Source: Sporopachydermia quercuum
Taxonomy: Eukaryota
Assembly (NCBI GenBank): GCA_001599295.1
Contig: BCGN01000001.1
Coordinates: forward strand, 806,001-870,000
Length of the DNA: 64,000 bases
Reading direction: 5' to 3'
Of the stretch, positions 1 through 11,220 are shown in pieces. Made by a program: the position numbers and the translations under genes. The first letter of the stretch is position 1; every line of letters begins with the position of its first letter. The notes beneath the pieces were generated by a model. The model had not been told where the DNA came from. It was given only the letters and a program-made list of their open reading frames with translations, and made no database searches.

Positions 1-1
1 C

Positions 2-316
2 CTTGCTTTGAATGTTCAAAGATTAAAGGCTTATCTCGACAAGTTAGTTGTTTTCCCCAGAAAGGCTGGTAAGCCCAAGAGCGGTGACGCTTCTGCTGAA
101 GAAGTTGCAGCTGCCAAGCAAGTTCTTTCTGCTGCAGCTACCTTCCCCATTGAACAAATTTCCGAAGAATCTGAAACCAGACCTATCACTGAAGAAGCTA
201 AGAACTTTGAAGCTTATAGAACTTTACGTCTCGCCAGATCTGAAGCCAGATACAAGGGTGCTCGTGAAAAGAGAGCCAAGGACAAGGCCGAAGCTGATGC
301 TGACAAGAAGAAATAA
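2..316 (+). CDS. RPL13: 60S ribosomal protein eL13, 3' part (5' truncated by window edge)
   Basis: [18 protein letters not shown]...[23 protein letters not shown] matches the eL13 C-terminal half; strongly biased codons; stop TAA at 314-316. Confidence 0.95.
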   Translation, partial: LALNVQRLKAYLDKLVVFPRKAGKPKSGDASAEEVAAAKQVLSAAATFPIEQISEESETRPITEEAKNFEAYRTLRLARSEARYKGAREKRAKDKAEADADKKK

Positions 317-823
317 GTGCACTAACAATTTTGTAGCAGAATATAGTTGGGTGTTTTCTCTTAATAAATCAAATCATTGTAATGATAAAATACTGTAAGC
401 TGTAGACGGCTTTTGTTAAGAAGTTCGAACTCGGACTCGGACTCGGTTCTTAGGGGGTAGCAATGCTTTTCAAATCATGTGAATCATACATAGGTAGAAG
501 GATGGATTAGGTATGAGATTGATGATCAGTGGCCTGTATCATCTTACCTATCTCTAGTAAAGAAAGTATTTTATAAATCACAAGATGAATCATTGTACGA
601 ATACATTTGAAACATTTTCTTAGGGAAAGCTAACAGTTTAATCTACTGTGTTATCACTCGCATGATAACAATTACGAACAAACTAGATAACAGTGTATGA
701 CCATAAACATAGGAGCTACTACGAAATACAATCTTCGCATTGAAGAATGTTGCAAGGTACAGTTGATAAGTTTGAAAAAAGAATTAAAGTATTATTATTC
801 CAGGCAATCATACCCTAAGTAAC

Positions 824-1248
824 CTAGTCAAACAATCCGAATCCCATGTCATCGTCAGATTCTTCCTTTTCTTCTTCCTTTTCTTCTTCAGCAGCGGCTT
901 CTTCAGTAGCAGCACCACCGGCAGCGGCAGCAGCACCACCAACGGCAGCAGCAGGAGCACCAGAAGAGATGTTGAATAACAAATCCTTAATGTCCTTTCC
1001 AGCTAAAGCCTTGGCGAAAAGGTCAAACCAAATCTAATTGTATGTTAGTATACAAGTAGTAGAACACTATAACCAAACATCACCCAATTGACCTTCAATT
1101 TGGATGGCAGTTAGTATTAAAGAAAACTTACACCTTCGATTTGGAAACCAGCTGCCTTGGTTAAGGTAGCGAGCTTTTCGGAAGTAATTTCAACCTCAGC
1201 ATCAGCAAGGATGAGAGCGGCGTAAGAAATAGCAGTTTCGTTAGACAT
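824..1248 (-). CDS. RPP1: 60S acidic ribosomal protein P1, 2 exons (1248-1132, 1033-824), 108 aa
   Basis: [26 protein letters not shown]...[21 protein letters not shown]...[13 protein letters not shown]. Intron 1131-1034 has GTAAGT, TACTAAC and TAG, and joins in frame. Confidence 0.95.
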
Positions 1249-1556
1249 TTTAAAAACTAGAATAATCAATTTAAGCCGATGGTAGCAGACTATCCTTTCT
1301 TGACAATTTACAATATCCAAATTTCTGAAAATAGTACCTCTCTTGATGTATATCCTGTATATCTGTATATAGTGTTAGAGGGTGGAAGAAAGTATTGAAC
1401 TATGGTGTTGGTTCCAAACACCCCGATTCCCTGAGAATGGATTTCCTTCCCAAATTGAAAATTTTCCTTTTTGAGATTATATTTTCATGTTTGTTTGAAA
1501 TCGATACATGTAAAATATCAATGAAGTTGGCTTCCGCATTGCCCAATTAGAAAAAG

Positions 1557-1564
1557 CAGTCACA
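1557..1564. promoter_or_regulatory. Homol-D box (CAGTCACA) upstream of RPP1
   Basis: Exact CAGTCACA about 310 bp upstream of the RPP1 ATG; second copy at 2043-2050. Homol-D is a known ribosomal-protein promoter element in fission yeast and other non-Saccharomyces fungi. Confidence 0.5.
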
Positions 1565-2140
1565 ATAGATTGTGAAAGAGGGTGAGACCCAGGGATATCA
1601 CCATATCAGAGAACTATACTTCTTGTCTCAATCAATTATTCGTAAATTTCCAAAGGAAGAAACAATAATTGATTCCTTCTCTCTTTTCAAATGTGGAGGG
1701 AATAGTGTTGGTGAATGATGCAATGTGACAATGCATACTTCGTTCATGATGTGAGAACTGCAAGATAAGTGTGGAAATATTATATATTATAACAACAGAA
1801 ATTATCAGAATACTTATAGATATATCAGGAATATGTTGCAGAGTTGAGAGTTCATATATAAACTATGGCGAAAATAGTAAAAGTATTGAATATCGTGATG
1901 ATGCAGAATTGAAAAGGCAATTTGCTTTAAGCGATAAATTGAAGGAACATATATATAGTACAAACTTTCAGAAGACAATATTTGTTCATCTGTCACTTTG
2001 GTAGACCCAATGCATCTTATATATTAAACCAGTTAATAATGACAGTCACATGAATCTTTGATGAACAAATGTTCACTCGGAGCTTTGATTAGTAAAGTAG
2101 GGCAAATTACGTTCTACTTGAATCTTGAATAAAATTGATC

Positions 2141-3748
2141 TCAAGGCGCAGACGGAGTATCAGCTTGAGCTAATTCTGAATCTATAGTTCCTCCTGTAGT
2201 CTCATTCTTAAATGGCGAACCTGATGGAGTTATACTTAAAGGATTCAATAATGAACCACTAGATCTTACCGTTTTCCGGCTTAAAGGAACAGCTGAGGCC
2301 GATAAGGGCTCTGATTGACCAATATCTTCTCCCTTTTTTCCAGTTGACTTCTCTTGTTGCTTTAAATTTCTTCTTTCCTCATCAAGTAAGCTGAGTTTGA
2401 TAGCTTCCATAATCATTCGTTCTTCTAAATCTGCGTAAGTTCTATCATTTGTTGGATTTCTAGCTGAAATACCACTTCCACTTAATGATCCCCTTTGTCT
2501 AGTACCGTTGTTCAGCAACAAGGAAGAAGCATGAATTGCACTGGCAGTTGCAGCTTTGCGTGCCAGCTTTGTTCTCGCAACGATAAGTTTCATTTTCCAG
2601 TCTGGTCGTATAGCATCGGTTGTTATAACTGCTGGATTTGATGAAGGAATTGAACCCCTACGTTTCGAATGTGCCCCTACATCACTATCCGAGTTTAATG
2701 ATTTCATTATTTCAGCTTTTGTCTGAGTTACAACCTCCATCTGCCGCTTTTCTGAGTTACTTCTCTGTATCACAGCATTACCGGAAGATGGAATTCCGAA
2801 TTGGAATGGCAGAGGTGAATATGTCACCCCAAAGTCTGGCATAGCACAAAATGGGCAACACGCGTATTCAGAAATCAATTGCTCTGCATCATCTAATGAC
2901 GATACTGATGCAGTGTGATTCATTGACGAGGAAGTAGGAGTTTCGTGTTCGTGTGGAGGATGTGGATCTAGTCTTTTGATTTGTACAAAGCATTCAGTAC
3001 AAATAGGCTGAAAACAACATCTAGATCGATTCAGATATTTGGGAAAAAAAAGAAAACAGATGGGACATTCAGCACAATCATGGTATATTGTAAACAACTT
3101 TTCGTAGTACTCAGTCAAGGTGTTGGTATTTGGAAGACATAAAGTGAATTTACCACTTTCATCGAACTTCAGGTTCAAAAGTTTAGGATCTCTTTTGTTG
3201 TATTCATTCAACAGTTCTTCGTCAGTCCACCCAGCGTCAAAATCCGATAAAGGTTTAAAAAAAGGTGCCAATCTTCTGTCGATAATGAGAGATCTTACAG
3301 TGACAATGTCAAAGTCTAGATTGCTGGTATAGATCCCCGACGGCGCCAAATACCCACCATCAACACTTTCAGTGACTCTGACGGTAAGTGCTATTTTCCT
3401 GGCTTCTTTCTCCCTTTCTCTCTCTTTTTTCCTTTTCGTATTTGAAGGAGATGAAGTTGAAGAGTGACGGCGGTGTGAAAATGATTGTATAAAAGCTTGT
3501 GCATCAGCAGAAGAAGAAGATAAATTGCTTAATCTTCGATAACTTGAGGGCGACAAACTTGCTGGATTCACACCAGGAATCATTAAGGCAGGGGAACTGC
3601 CATTAATCGTCACATCAGCGTCATTGACAGCTTGATCATTGCTGCCTATTATAGATGAAGAACTCGAATAAGATCTCGATCTATCTGCATTGAACTGGGT
3701 TCTGGACTCCCTCCTACTTCCTTGTTCCTTAGTAGCTGAGTTCCCCAT
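2141..3748 (-). CDS. SIP5: Sip5 (Snf1/Reg1-Glc7 interacting protein, RING-like Cys cluster)
   Basis: True start is MGNSATKE (ATG at 3748). Motifs [58 protein letters not shown] and [14 protein letters not shown]. Confidence 0.9.
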   Translation of the reverse strand: MGNSATKEQGSRRESRTQFNADRSRSYSSSSSIIGSNDQAVNDADVTINGSSPALMIPGVNPASLSPSSYRRLSNLSSSSADAQAFIQSFSHRRHSSTSSPSNTKRKKEREREKEARKIALTVRVTESVDGGYLAPSGIYTSNLDFDIVTVRSLIIDRRLAPFFKPLSDFDAGWTDEELLNEYNKRDPKLLNLKFDESGKFTLCLPNTNTLTEYYEKLFTIYHDCAECPICFLFFPKYLNRSRCCFQPICTECFVQIKRLDPHPPHEHETPTSSSMNHTASVSSLDDAEQLISEYACCPFCAMPDFGVTYSPLPFQFGIPSSGNAVIQRSNSEKRQMEVVTQTKAEIMKSLNSDSDVGAHSKRRGSIPSSNPAVITTDAIRPDWKMKLIVARTKLARKAATASAIHASSLLLNNGTRQRGSLSGSGISARNPTNDRTYADLEERMIMEAIKLSLLDEERRNLKQQEKSTGKKGEDIGQSEPLSASAVPLSRKTVRSSGSLLNPLSITPSGSPFKNETTGGTIDSELAQADTPSAP

Positions 3749-4828
3749 TCCAGTTATCTTGATCCACAATTCTATGATCAGTTTCCAGTGAAACCCACTC
3801 AAGTGATACTTGTAAAGCTTTCAACGTATTGTATTGCCCCTGACTAGTTCGATAATCTTCTTAATCAGAATTTTACACTTCACTATCACTATCAGCGGCG
3901 TCTATTTCACAAGCTACGGTATCACCTTCGTAAAATTTGATAGGTATTTTCAACGTATTAATTCTACTTTTATTTTTATTCTTCTTCTCCCTTTAAATTT
4001 CACCTAGAACTAATCATGCAAGCCCCCAAAGTAGATAGTAAATCGTACAGCGTACAAATATGTCAACGTGATTGCTCATACATTTATGCCATTTCCTCCT
4101 TTCATTATAACATTAACTATCTCTGATGGCTCATTACCTGAGCTATAGATAGATAACGATAGTCTACAAGAGGGGGTGAAAGGAGATGTGATTATACATA
4201 GAAAGCATAACGGACAGTTTCGATGCGAAATGATATCAAAGTTGTTAAGGGACAATACATGCATTGTACTGCATGAGATCTACAGATACCTTATTTTACT
4301 CTTGAGAGGGACCACGGTATAAATTAGAAGGGTCTTTGAAATCTATCAAGATATGTTCGATATTTCCATATCTTCAATAATCAACCGACTACTTTTACAA
4401 TATAGTGAATAGTTTTTAAGGTAGAAATACTGACAGGCAGCAAGGGGTATTTTTATATCTGGTGCTTCAAGATAGGAATGTTGAGAAGAAAGGTTAGATA
4501 TGACAAAGATATGACACAGATATATTAACTTACTTCAACAAAAAGCGTATTATGCTATTTTTAACTACTACGGCATATGAGATAATAGATAAAATCTGTT
4601 CGATTAATATTTAGTAATTTACTATTCTAATATAAAAATACAGAGTAGGCCGTTACAATTGCAAGGCTCATTATCGAGATGATTAAAGCATGGGTATATG
4701 TGTTCAAATTTGTATTTTTTTCCATAACGATCTAATGCCCGGTGTAAGAAATGCTAAGAACAAGAGCTCTCCAAACTATGATAACTCAGTTTGAGATCAC
4801 TGCTTCCAAGACCTTTTTCGGAAAAACT

Positions 4829-7132
4829 TTAGGCCCACACACCAACATAAATAAAAACCCAGATGAAACAAATGGTTCCCATTGTTAAGGCCAAACCTAT
4901 ACTTGCTATCTTATGTTTCCTATCAACCACACCAATAACTTCGTCCATGAGACCACCTCCTAGTAATAACCAGCCAGGTGGGAAGAAGAAAAATCCAATC
5001 ATAATGGCAACACTTAATTCTGGAGAACATAGCTTTCTTCCATAACGATCTACAGGGAATTTCACTTTACCTTCCGGTTGTCTTAATTTCTCCAAATCAT
5101 CATAAGTTACCTTTGAGTAGCCATCCAAAAACACATTTCCAAGTAAATTTCTTATCAACACATCTTCAGTAGCAACCAGTGGTTTTTCAACGTATGTAGG
5201 CTCTGATGGTATTATGGAATCAAGTGTTTTCTTATACTTTGAATTGAGTAGAATTGGTGTATGAGAATAACTACCTACAAATCCTTCTCTATCTTGCATC
5301 CAGATTGCATCAGTTTCAATCAAAGGTGAGGGATGATTGTTGCTCAGATAAACACTATTACCTGTATGGCTGGTTGATGGCAGTGTCAACATATCAGGAA
5401 TTGTGTTGGTGTCAATGCTCATGCTCAGAGGCTTATTTTGAGAAAAAGCATTGGCATCAAAACTCTCGTGAATACTATCATCAATAACGAGTATATTCTC
5501 ACTCAGGCGCTTACTCTCATCTGTAGAGTTAGCAATTGTACTGGGTGTGAAGTTATTGTCTTCTGATAGTTTTGTCGATATAAAGGGTCTTGGGAGTAAG
5601 GGAACCGGTAGCTGAGGTCTCATTGATCTCCGTCCTTGATTTAGCCGCGATCGTCTGTTGATGTTATCAATGGTCAGGTTCAAATTGCGTGGCATTGCAG
5701 ACCAATTGTTTCGCTGGTTAGTTCCTGTTTGTTTCAGAGACTTATCTGATGAACTTGCTGTATATGTTGATGATGCTGAAGAGAAGTTTAGGAGTTGATG
5801 TGAATTATGCAATAGATGTAGATCTCGAAGCGATCTAGATGTGTTGAGTTGCTGCTCTGGGTAAATTGGTTTATAAACTGTTATTGGCTCTTTCTTTGAA
5901 GGATGATCTGAATCACTATCGGAGAAGAACTCTTCTGTATTAGTCTGAGCAATTGTATAGTTGGCGGGAGGTTTTGTGGGTGGTATTATTGCTAATGTAT
6001 TCGATGGAGCTTCTGGTTCTGCCAAAGAGTTGTAAAGTGATTGAGCTGATGGTTTCATCGGTATCGTTGATGCTTTTTGATCTGAGAAGTGAATATCGTC
6101 TAAATTGTTCATGACTTTCAAATTGTCTAGGTCAACAAAATTGGATGAATCATGAAACGCTAAAGAATCAGGAAATGAATCAGAAGCAGTTCGTGTATGC
6201 GATAATTTTCGAACATGCGTCTGATTTGGTGTACATGAAGAAGTAAAAGGAAACGAAGGGGAACTCGGTCGAGAAGTCATTGTTACTAACTTCGGCGATG
6301 TAGAAGAACCTAATCCATTTCTTGACCCTGAGATGTTATTCGACTGAGAAGTAATAGAGGGAGAGTCTCTAAATATTGTGAATTGATCTGGTGTTTCATA
6401 GCTTATAGGTTTCTTCTTGAAAAGCTTCCCGGGGGACCTCAATAATTTATTTCTTGGCGAAGAGTACGATCGAGAATGGGTAGGTGTTGATGGAGGTAAT
6501 GTGACATACGTTTGAGAACTGTCGCTTGTATTTCTGTTATGATGAAATAATGCTCTTCCTGTAAACTTAGAATCTCCTAACGACTGGCTGGGTTTCCTTG
6601 TAGGGGAAAGTGCTTTGAATGGTATTTTAATCTTCTGCCTTATATTTTGCATACGATTTGGAGAAAGACTCTTGCGATTAGGCTGAATTACCTGTGCTGG
6701 CTCTAATTTTTTGATAGGAAAGTTCTCAATTCTCATCTGTCTTCTCTTCTCAATTTCTATTCTATCGCTTGGAAATATTATAGAGGATGTATCATCGATT
6801 GGGGCATTAACATAAATGTTTTCAGTGAAAGGACGCAGTTTTACATTGTGATTGGATTCTTGGAGATTGTGAAGTTTTTCATTACTGGAAGGATTCGTGG
6901 TCCGTTGAATAGCAAGCTTATTGGTCTGTAGCAACTGGGCAACACTTCCCTTACTGTTTGCTCTTTTGGTAGATGCCAGAATCTTTCTTGATGATATCGA
7001 ATTTCTGTGTGATTGTTTTGAGGTGTTCATAACACTGCTGCCATCATCACTATACAGTGATAAATCGCCTGAACTAATTGTTCCAACAGATCTGGCATTC
7101 TTCTGTCTGTCAACAGCTACTTCTGGATCCAT
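4829..7132 (-). CDS. Ser/Pro-rich protein with two C-terminal hydrophobic helices, function unknown
   Basis: Long ORF with first ATG at 7132 (MDPEV); low-complexity body; C-terminal VAIMIGFFFFPPGWLLLGGG and IASIGLALTMGTICFIWVFIYVGVWA. Confidence 0.75.
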   Translation of the reverse strand: MDPEVAVDRQKNARSVGTISSGDLSLYSDDGSSVMNTSKQSHRNSISSRKILASTKRANSKGSVAQLLQTNKLAIQRTTNPSSNEKLHNLQESNHNVKLRPFTENIYVNAPIDDTSSIIFPSDRIEIEKRRQMRIENFPIKKLEPAQVIQPNRKSLSPNRMQNIRQKIKIPFKALSPTRKPSQSLGDSKFTGRALFHHNRNTSDSSQTYVTLPPSTPTHSRSYSSPRNKLLRSPGKLFKKKPISYETPDQFTIFRDSPSITSQSNNISGSRNGLGSSTSPKLVTMTSRPSSPSFPFTSSCTPNQTHVRKLSHTRTASDSFPDSLAFHDSSNFVDLDNLKVMNNLDDIHFSDQKASTIPMKPSAQSLYNSLAEPEAPSNTLAIIPPTKPPANYTIAQTNTEEFFSDSDSDHPSKKEPITVYKPIYPEQQLNTSRSLRDLHLLHNSHQLLNFSSASSTYTASSSDKSLKQTGTNQRNNWSAMPRNLNLTIDNINRRSRLNQGRRSMRPQLPVPLLPRPFISTKLSEDNNFTPSTIANSTDESKRLSENILVIDDSIHESFDANAFSQNKPLSMSIDTNTIPDMLTLPSTSHTGNSVYLSNNHPSPLIETDAIWMQDREGFVGSYSHTPILLNSKYKKTLDSIIPSEPTYVEKPLVATEDVLIRNLLGNVFLDGYSKVTYDDLEKLRQPEGKVKFPVDRYGRKLCSPELSVAIMIGFFFFPPGWLLLGGGLMDEVIGVVDRKHKIASIGLALTMGTICFIWVFIYVGVWA

Positions 7133-10100
7133 CCTTTCAAGATTTTTTTTCAGATGCTGTACTTTCAGTAGGAGACTCACTATAACATATTACTAATAGA
7201 TTTCTTTCAAATGCTTCTAAAACTGAACAGGAATTGAAACTGGATTTGTTGATAGTTTACATGAGATCATTAAAATGTAAGATAGCTCAGTTTGATTCTT
7301 CCTTCGAACTGTTATGATTGCCTGATGATAATCGCTAGGATTGATATAAAGCGTTTGACGTGTTTGAACTGATCGAAAAGTAACACGATTGACTTATCAT
7401 CAATTATTTTCACTGGATTAATCATTGATCAATCCGTTCTTGAGTTTGCAATAATCAATTCCACGGAGGAGTTGTACACTTACTTGACATACAGTAACTT
7501 CTTTTACTTCGCTCATGTCTTCCAAATAATTATCAAATGCAATAAGAGAGTCGAATCCTCGCAGTATTACATTATGACAATGATCAGAACATCATTAATA
7601 TTCTATCGATAATCTTTTTCGGTGATTCATAAAAACCTCCTTATTGGGATGCTTTGCTTCTGTTTTAGTCTGAATCTCAACTGCTTTTTATTAACTTGTT
7701 TATATTAAATCCTAAACCAGCAGCAGGTTTTCTGAATTCGCTTACAAAAATACCATATTATGCAACTTTATTTACAATTGTGTGCCTAGGAAACCAGAAT
7801 TTGGAATTAGGGGGAATACAGGAGATATCAATAACATAGTCTTCAGAAGCCCAGACATTTTACTCCATCTATTTTCATGCTGTCATCAAAGTATAAAACT
7901 GACGTCTTGAAAATTGACATTTCTCAAAAAGTAGTGAAGCAGAAAGGATGAGAAGTCATTATCAGCTTGCAACTGATGCAACTGTTGCGACTATGTAGAT
8001 TGAAGTTAAATATGATGCATTAGCAATAAAAAAAAGCTGTGATTTAGAAATTTCTTTTACTATTTAATCTACTATTTATTATTTTACTTTTCAATTTCAC
8101 TCCTTGGCTTATCTCATTAGATAGATCGTGTCTTTCACTATGCAATGACAGTTAAGAAATTTCCCTCTAGAGTTGAATAAAGAGAAAGGCACCTCCAAAA
8201 AGAGATATAGAAAATTTCATTAGAAACGCGTAAGAGAATTTGCTACGTCTTTACACATGTTGGTTATTTGAAACTTCTCTTAAATTAAATCAACTAGTAA
8301 GATAGATGAAATTCGCAATGGCGTTCTTTACAGGCAATAGGTAAAGTATTTTTTAGTAATTACGAAATCCTTACTTAATCCTAAAGTTCGATTATTTTCA
8401 GATATTCGAATACATAAAACAGATAGGAGCAGGGCAGTTTCAAATATAGCAGTTTCAAATATAAGAATTCACATGCTTCTAGTAGATAAGAATACATAGC
8501 AATGCCGTTTTACTTACGTTAAGCGTACTTGAATTTCCATTACTTAGTAATAGTAATACGAAGAACAATTAATTGTATTGTCTGGAGCCTATTGGAATGA
8601 AGCAATAATACAAAATTTTGTTCTTCACCTTGCCAAAGAAATGATATACATCTAGACAATATTTAATTATCATACTACATGTTTGGGATCTATCAATCTC
8701 AAACTGCTTTGAATCAAATCGTCCGGCCTGAACGAGGTTATAAATAACTCTCAACTAAAGTCTCCAGCAGATTTGATTATTTTTGACCAAATTCGTGTTT
8801 TTTCTTTACCAACGTTGACTTAATTAAAGTTGTCCCCATTTGTTTGAAAGATTCATACCAAGCACCCAACTGGATATGGGAAATATGGTGAGAAAGTCTA
8901 ATTAAGTATCGCGTGGAAGTGAAATTTTCTCGTGCAAAGGAAGGACGCAACCAAATTGATAGGCTAAAATAGACCGATACTTTTATTCATATAACGAAAA
9001 CAATTCTAACACTTTGAAAAGCTATTCAAAACACATCGTCGAAATATCCAAAATTGCTTGTTTCTCTATCGCCTGCAATTTATTTTGACTCATATTTCTA
9101 AATATCTCGAATAAAATAGCGGCTTATTTTATCTACTATAATTAACTTGCTACATAATATGGTTTGATCTGAAGCTAAGATTGGAAGTTAGAGTTAATGG
9201 TGCATGGACATACAGGAAATTCAAGCACAACCTCATACCTTAAATGCGTCACCACGCATGGTTTATTCTAGACCACCTAATAACTCTAATTAATTGACAT
9301 AGAGAGTTGTTTGATTAATTTTTCGGGGCTTAAAACATACGTTCTGGATCAGGAGCTATCATCTAACAATCAGGACTTGGTATTGCTCAGTGATCACCCG
9401 TTCTTGTTTGTATAAAGTATTGGAAAAGCGTGACTCGATAATACATCTCTGAAGGCTTTTGATAACCGGGAGTAATAACTGACGTGAAGTCAATGATCCA
9501 GTATCCTTCTGTCATTGAAGAAATTTCAGTCTCTAAGCTGAAAAAAATATTGTACAATGTAATTTTTCAAAATTGATCACCAAGTTTCTTTCTATTTCCT
9601 TATTGGATTCTGCTTACTCCCATCTTATCCTTTTGATTTGCTTCCATTTACTCATTCATTCACTCATTTCTTCTCGGCACTGCTACATCACCCCTGAAGT
9701 TTCGGACAATAGCACTAGGTTTTCATTGATTATTCAATATTACCTGTTTTGTATAGTGGCTAAAGGACTCGGACAGTTTATAATTACCCAAAATTTTGAT
9801 CAAAGTTGCTAGAACATAATAACTTCGTCGGTTTGCCATCGGGACAGTTACTTGTCCATTTATCACATTCTGGTTTAGTATTTAAAATAGCTTGAATTGA
9901 ACTTTAACCTAAAGCTTATTTAGCGAAGTGTCGAACTGTGTGCCCTTCATCTTGTTTCAAGATGTGAGTTTTAGTTAACGCCATCGATAGGAATCAGTGT
10001 TTAAATACTCGCAACTATCTTGTTTTACCAAACTCTTCTATCACTTATAAATATTCGGAAGTAATTTATATATCTTGTATAAATTTTACCATTATCGTGA

Positions 10101-10257
10101 AGTTACTGTACTATTTAATCGACATTAGCTAGCTGGACTACTACAGTTTGAGATCAAACATCTTTTCTCATAATAATTACTGACAAAATCACATTTGATA
10201 CACCATATCAAGTTTTCCACATAAACGAACCCAACACAATAGAAGAATCCCTTGAAC

Positions 10258-11121
10258 ATGAGTTCACCTGAATCTGAACCATTCTCTCCAAAAGAAGATC
10301 TTTCTTCTACTCCTTCGTCAGCATTTACTAGTCCTAACTTGGACGAACCATTAACACTAGATAGCTCTCAATTAATTGGAAAGAAGAGTAAAAGATCCAG
10401 TGGGGATTTGATTCCACCCATGCCAATTGGATCTTTACCCCCAAGGAAAAGGGCAAAGACTGAAGAAGAGAAAGAACAACGCAGGATAGAGCGTATTATG
10501 AGAAATAGACAGGCTGCTCACGCTTCAAGGGAAAAGAAGAGAAAGCATGTTGAAGAACTAGAGACAAAATGCCATGAACTGGCAACTGAAAACAATCAGC
10601 TTCAATCTAAGATGTCAGTGTTGAAGTCTCAACAATCAAGCATCTTGGAGCAAAACCAAGAAATGTTAAATCAAATTAAGAAACTCACATCAATCATTAA
10701 ATCATTAAGTGAAAAATCCGGTCTTCCAGTTGATGATCTTCAACTGGAACTCCCAAGTACTAATAAGGCTACTGATGCTACATTGTCGGTACCTGACTTA
10801 CCTCTCAAACTTGAGAGCAAGAATACTGAAACCATATCACCACTTATTTCATCACCTCTTCTTGAAGAGGATTCCAACACATCCTCATGGAATCTACATA
10901 TGAACTCATCACTACCTGTTGAGACACTTCAATCCGTACCATCCACCACCACTTCACCTCTCGATGATTTCGTCCCGTTCGTGATGCATCCAGCAGAGAT
11001 GCACAAAGACCCGCAGCGTCAGAACAGGACGATCCTTTCTTCCATGACTTCATCCTCATGGACGACATCGACGCAACCCCTTGTTTCTAAACCCGTTCAA
11101 AGCCTGCTGATGGCCTGTTAA
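10258..11121 (+). CDS. HAC1: UPR bZIP transcription factor Hac1 (unspliced 287 aa to 11121; Ire1-spliced 270 aa ending at 11090)
   Basis: LPPRKRAKTEEEKEQRRIERIMRNRQAAHASREKKRKHVEELE is the Hac1/HacA bZIP signature; twin Ire1 hairpins at 10985-11020. Confidence 0.95.
   Translation: MSSPESEPFSPKEDLSSTPSSAFTSPNLDEPLTLDSSQLIGKKSKRSSGDLIPPMPIGSLPPRKRAKTEEEKEQRRIERIMRNRQAAHASREKKRKHVEELETKCHELATENNQLQSKMSVLKSQQSSILEQNQEMLNQIKKLTSIIKSLSEKSGLPVDDLQLELPSTNKATDATLSVPDLPLKLESKNTETISPLISSPLLEEDSNTSSWNLHMNSSLPVETLQSVPSTTTSPLDDFVPFVMHPAEMHKDPQRQNRTILSSMTSSSWTTSTQPLVSKPVQSLLMAC
10994..11013 (+). other. Non-spliceosomal (Ire1/Trl1) 20-nt intron of HAC1
   Basis: TGCATC[CAG|CAGA]GATGCA and GAC[CCG|CAGC]GTC are two stems with 7-nt CNG|CNGN loops; removal shifts the reading frame. 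Confidence 0.92.
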
Positions 11122-11141
11122 CTTAGAACATTTTTTTTTTA

Positions 11142-11220
11142 TAATTTCAACTCATTTTGTGTTTGCAAATGGCGCGCTAACGCTGCGACTGGTATTACTG
11201 CAATATGACAGTTGAATTTT
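11142..11220 (+). promoter_or_regulatory. HAC1 3'UTR stem-loop carrying the 3' bipartite element
   Basis: TGGCGCG (11170-11176) and GCGAC (11185-11189) lie near the tip of a long hairpin closed by TTCAACT...AGTTGAA. Confidence 0.8.

Noticed and set aside
7478..7492. Tandem donor-like GTATGT and GTAAGT on the minus strand upstream of the orphan gene
   Set aside because: I found no convincing branch point and acceptor that join in frame to the 7132 ORF.
8434..8463. Short tandem duplication (GCAGTTTCAAATATA x2); others at about 429-446, 38261-38279 and 39173-39202
   Set aside because: Two- or three-copy slippage repeats with no spacer structure; not CRISPR-like and no evident function.
9964..10212. 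Putative HAC1 5'UTR intron (GTGAGT...TACTGAC...AAG)
   Set aside because: The branch-to-acceptor distance (about 28 nt) exceeds the 8-18 nt seen in well-supported introns here, and the acceptor is weak.
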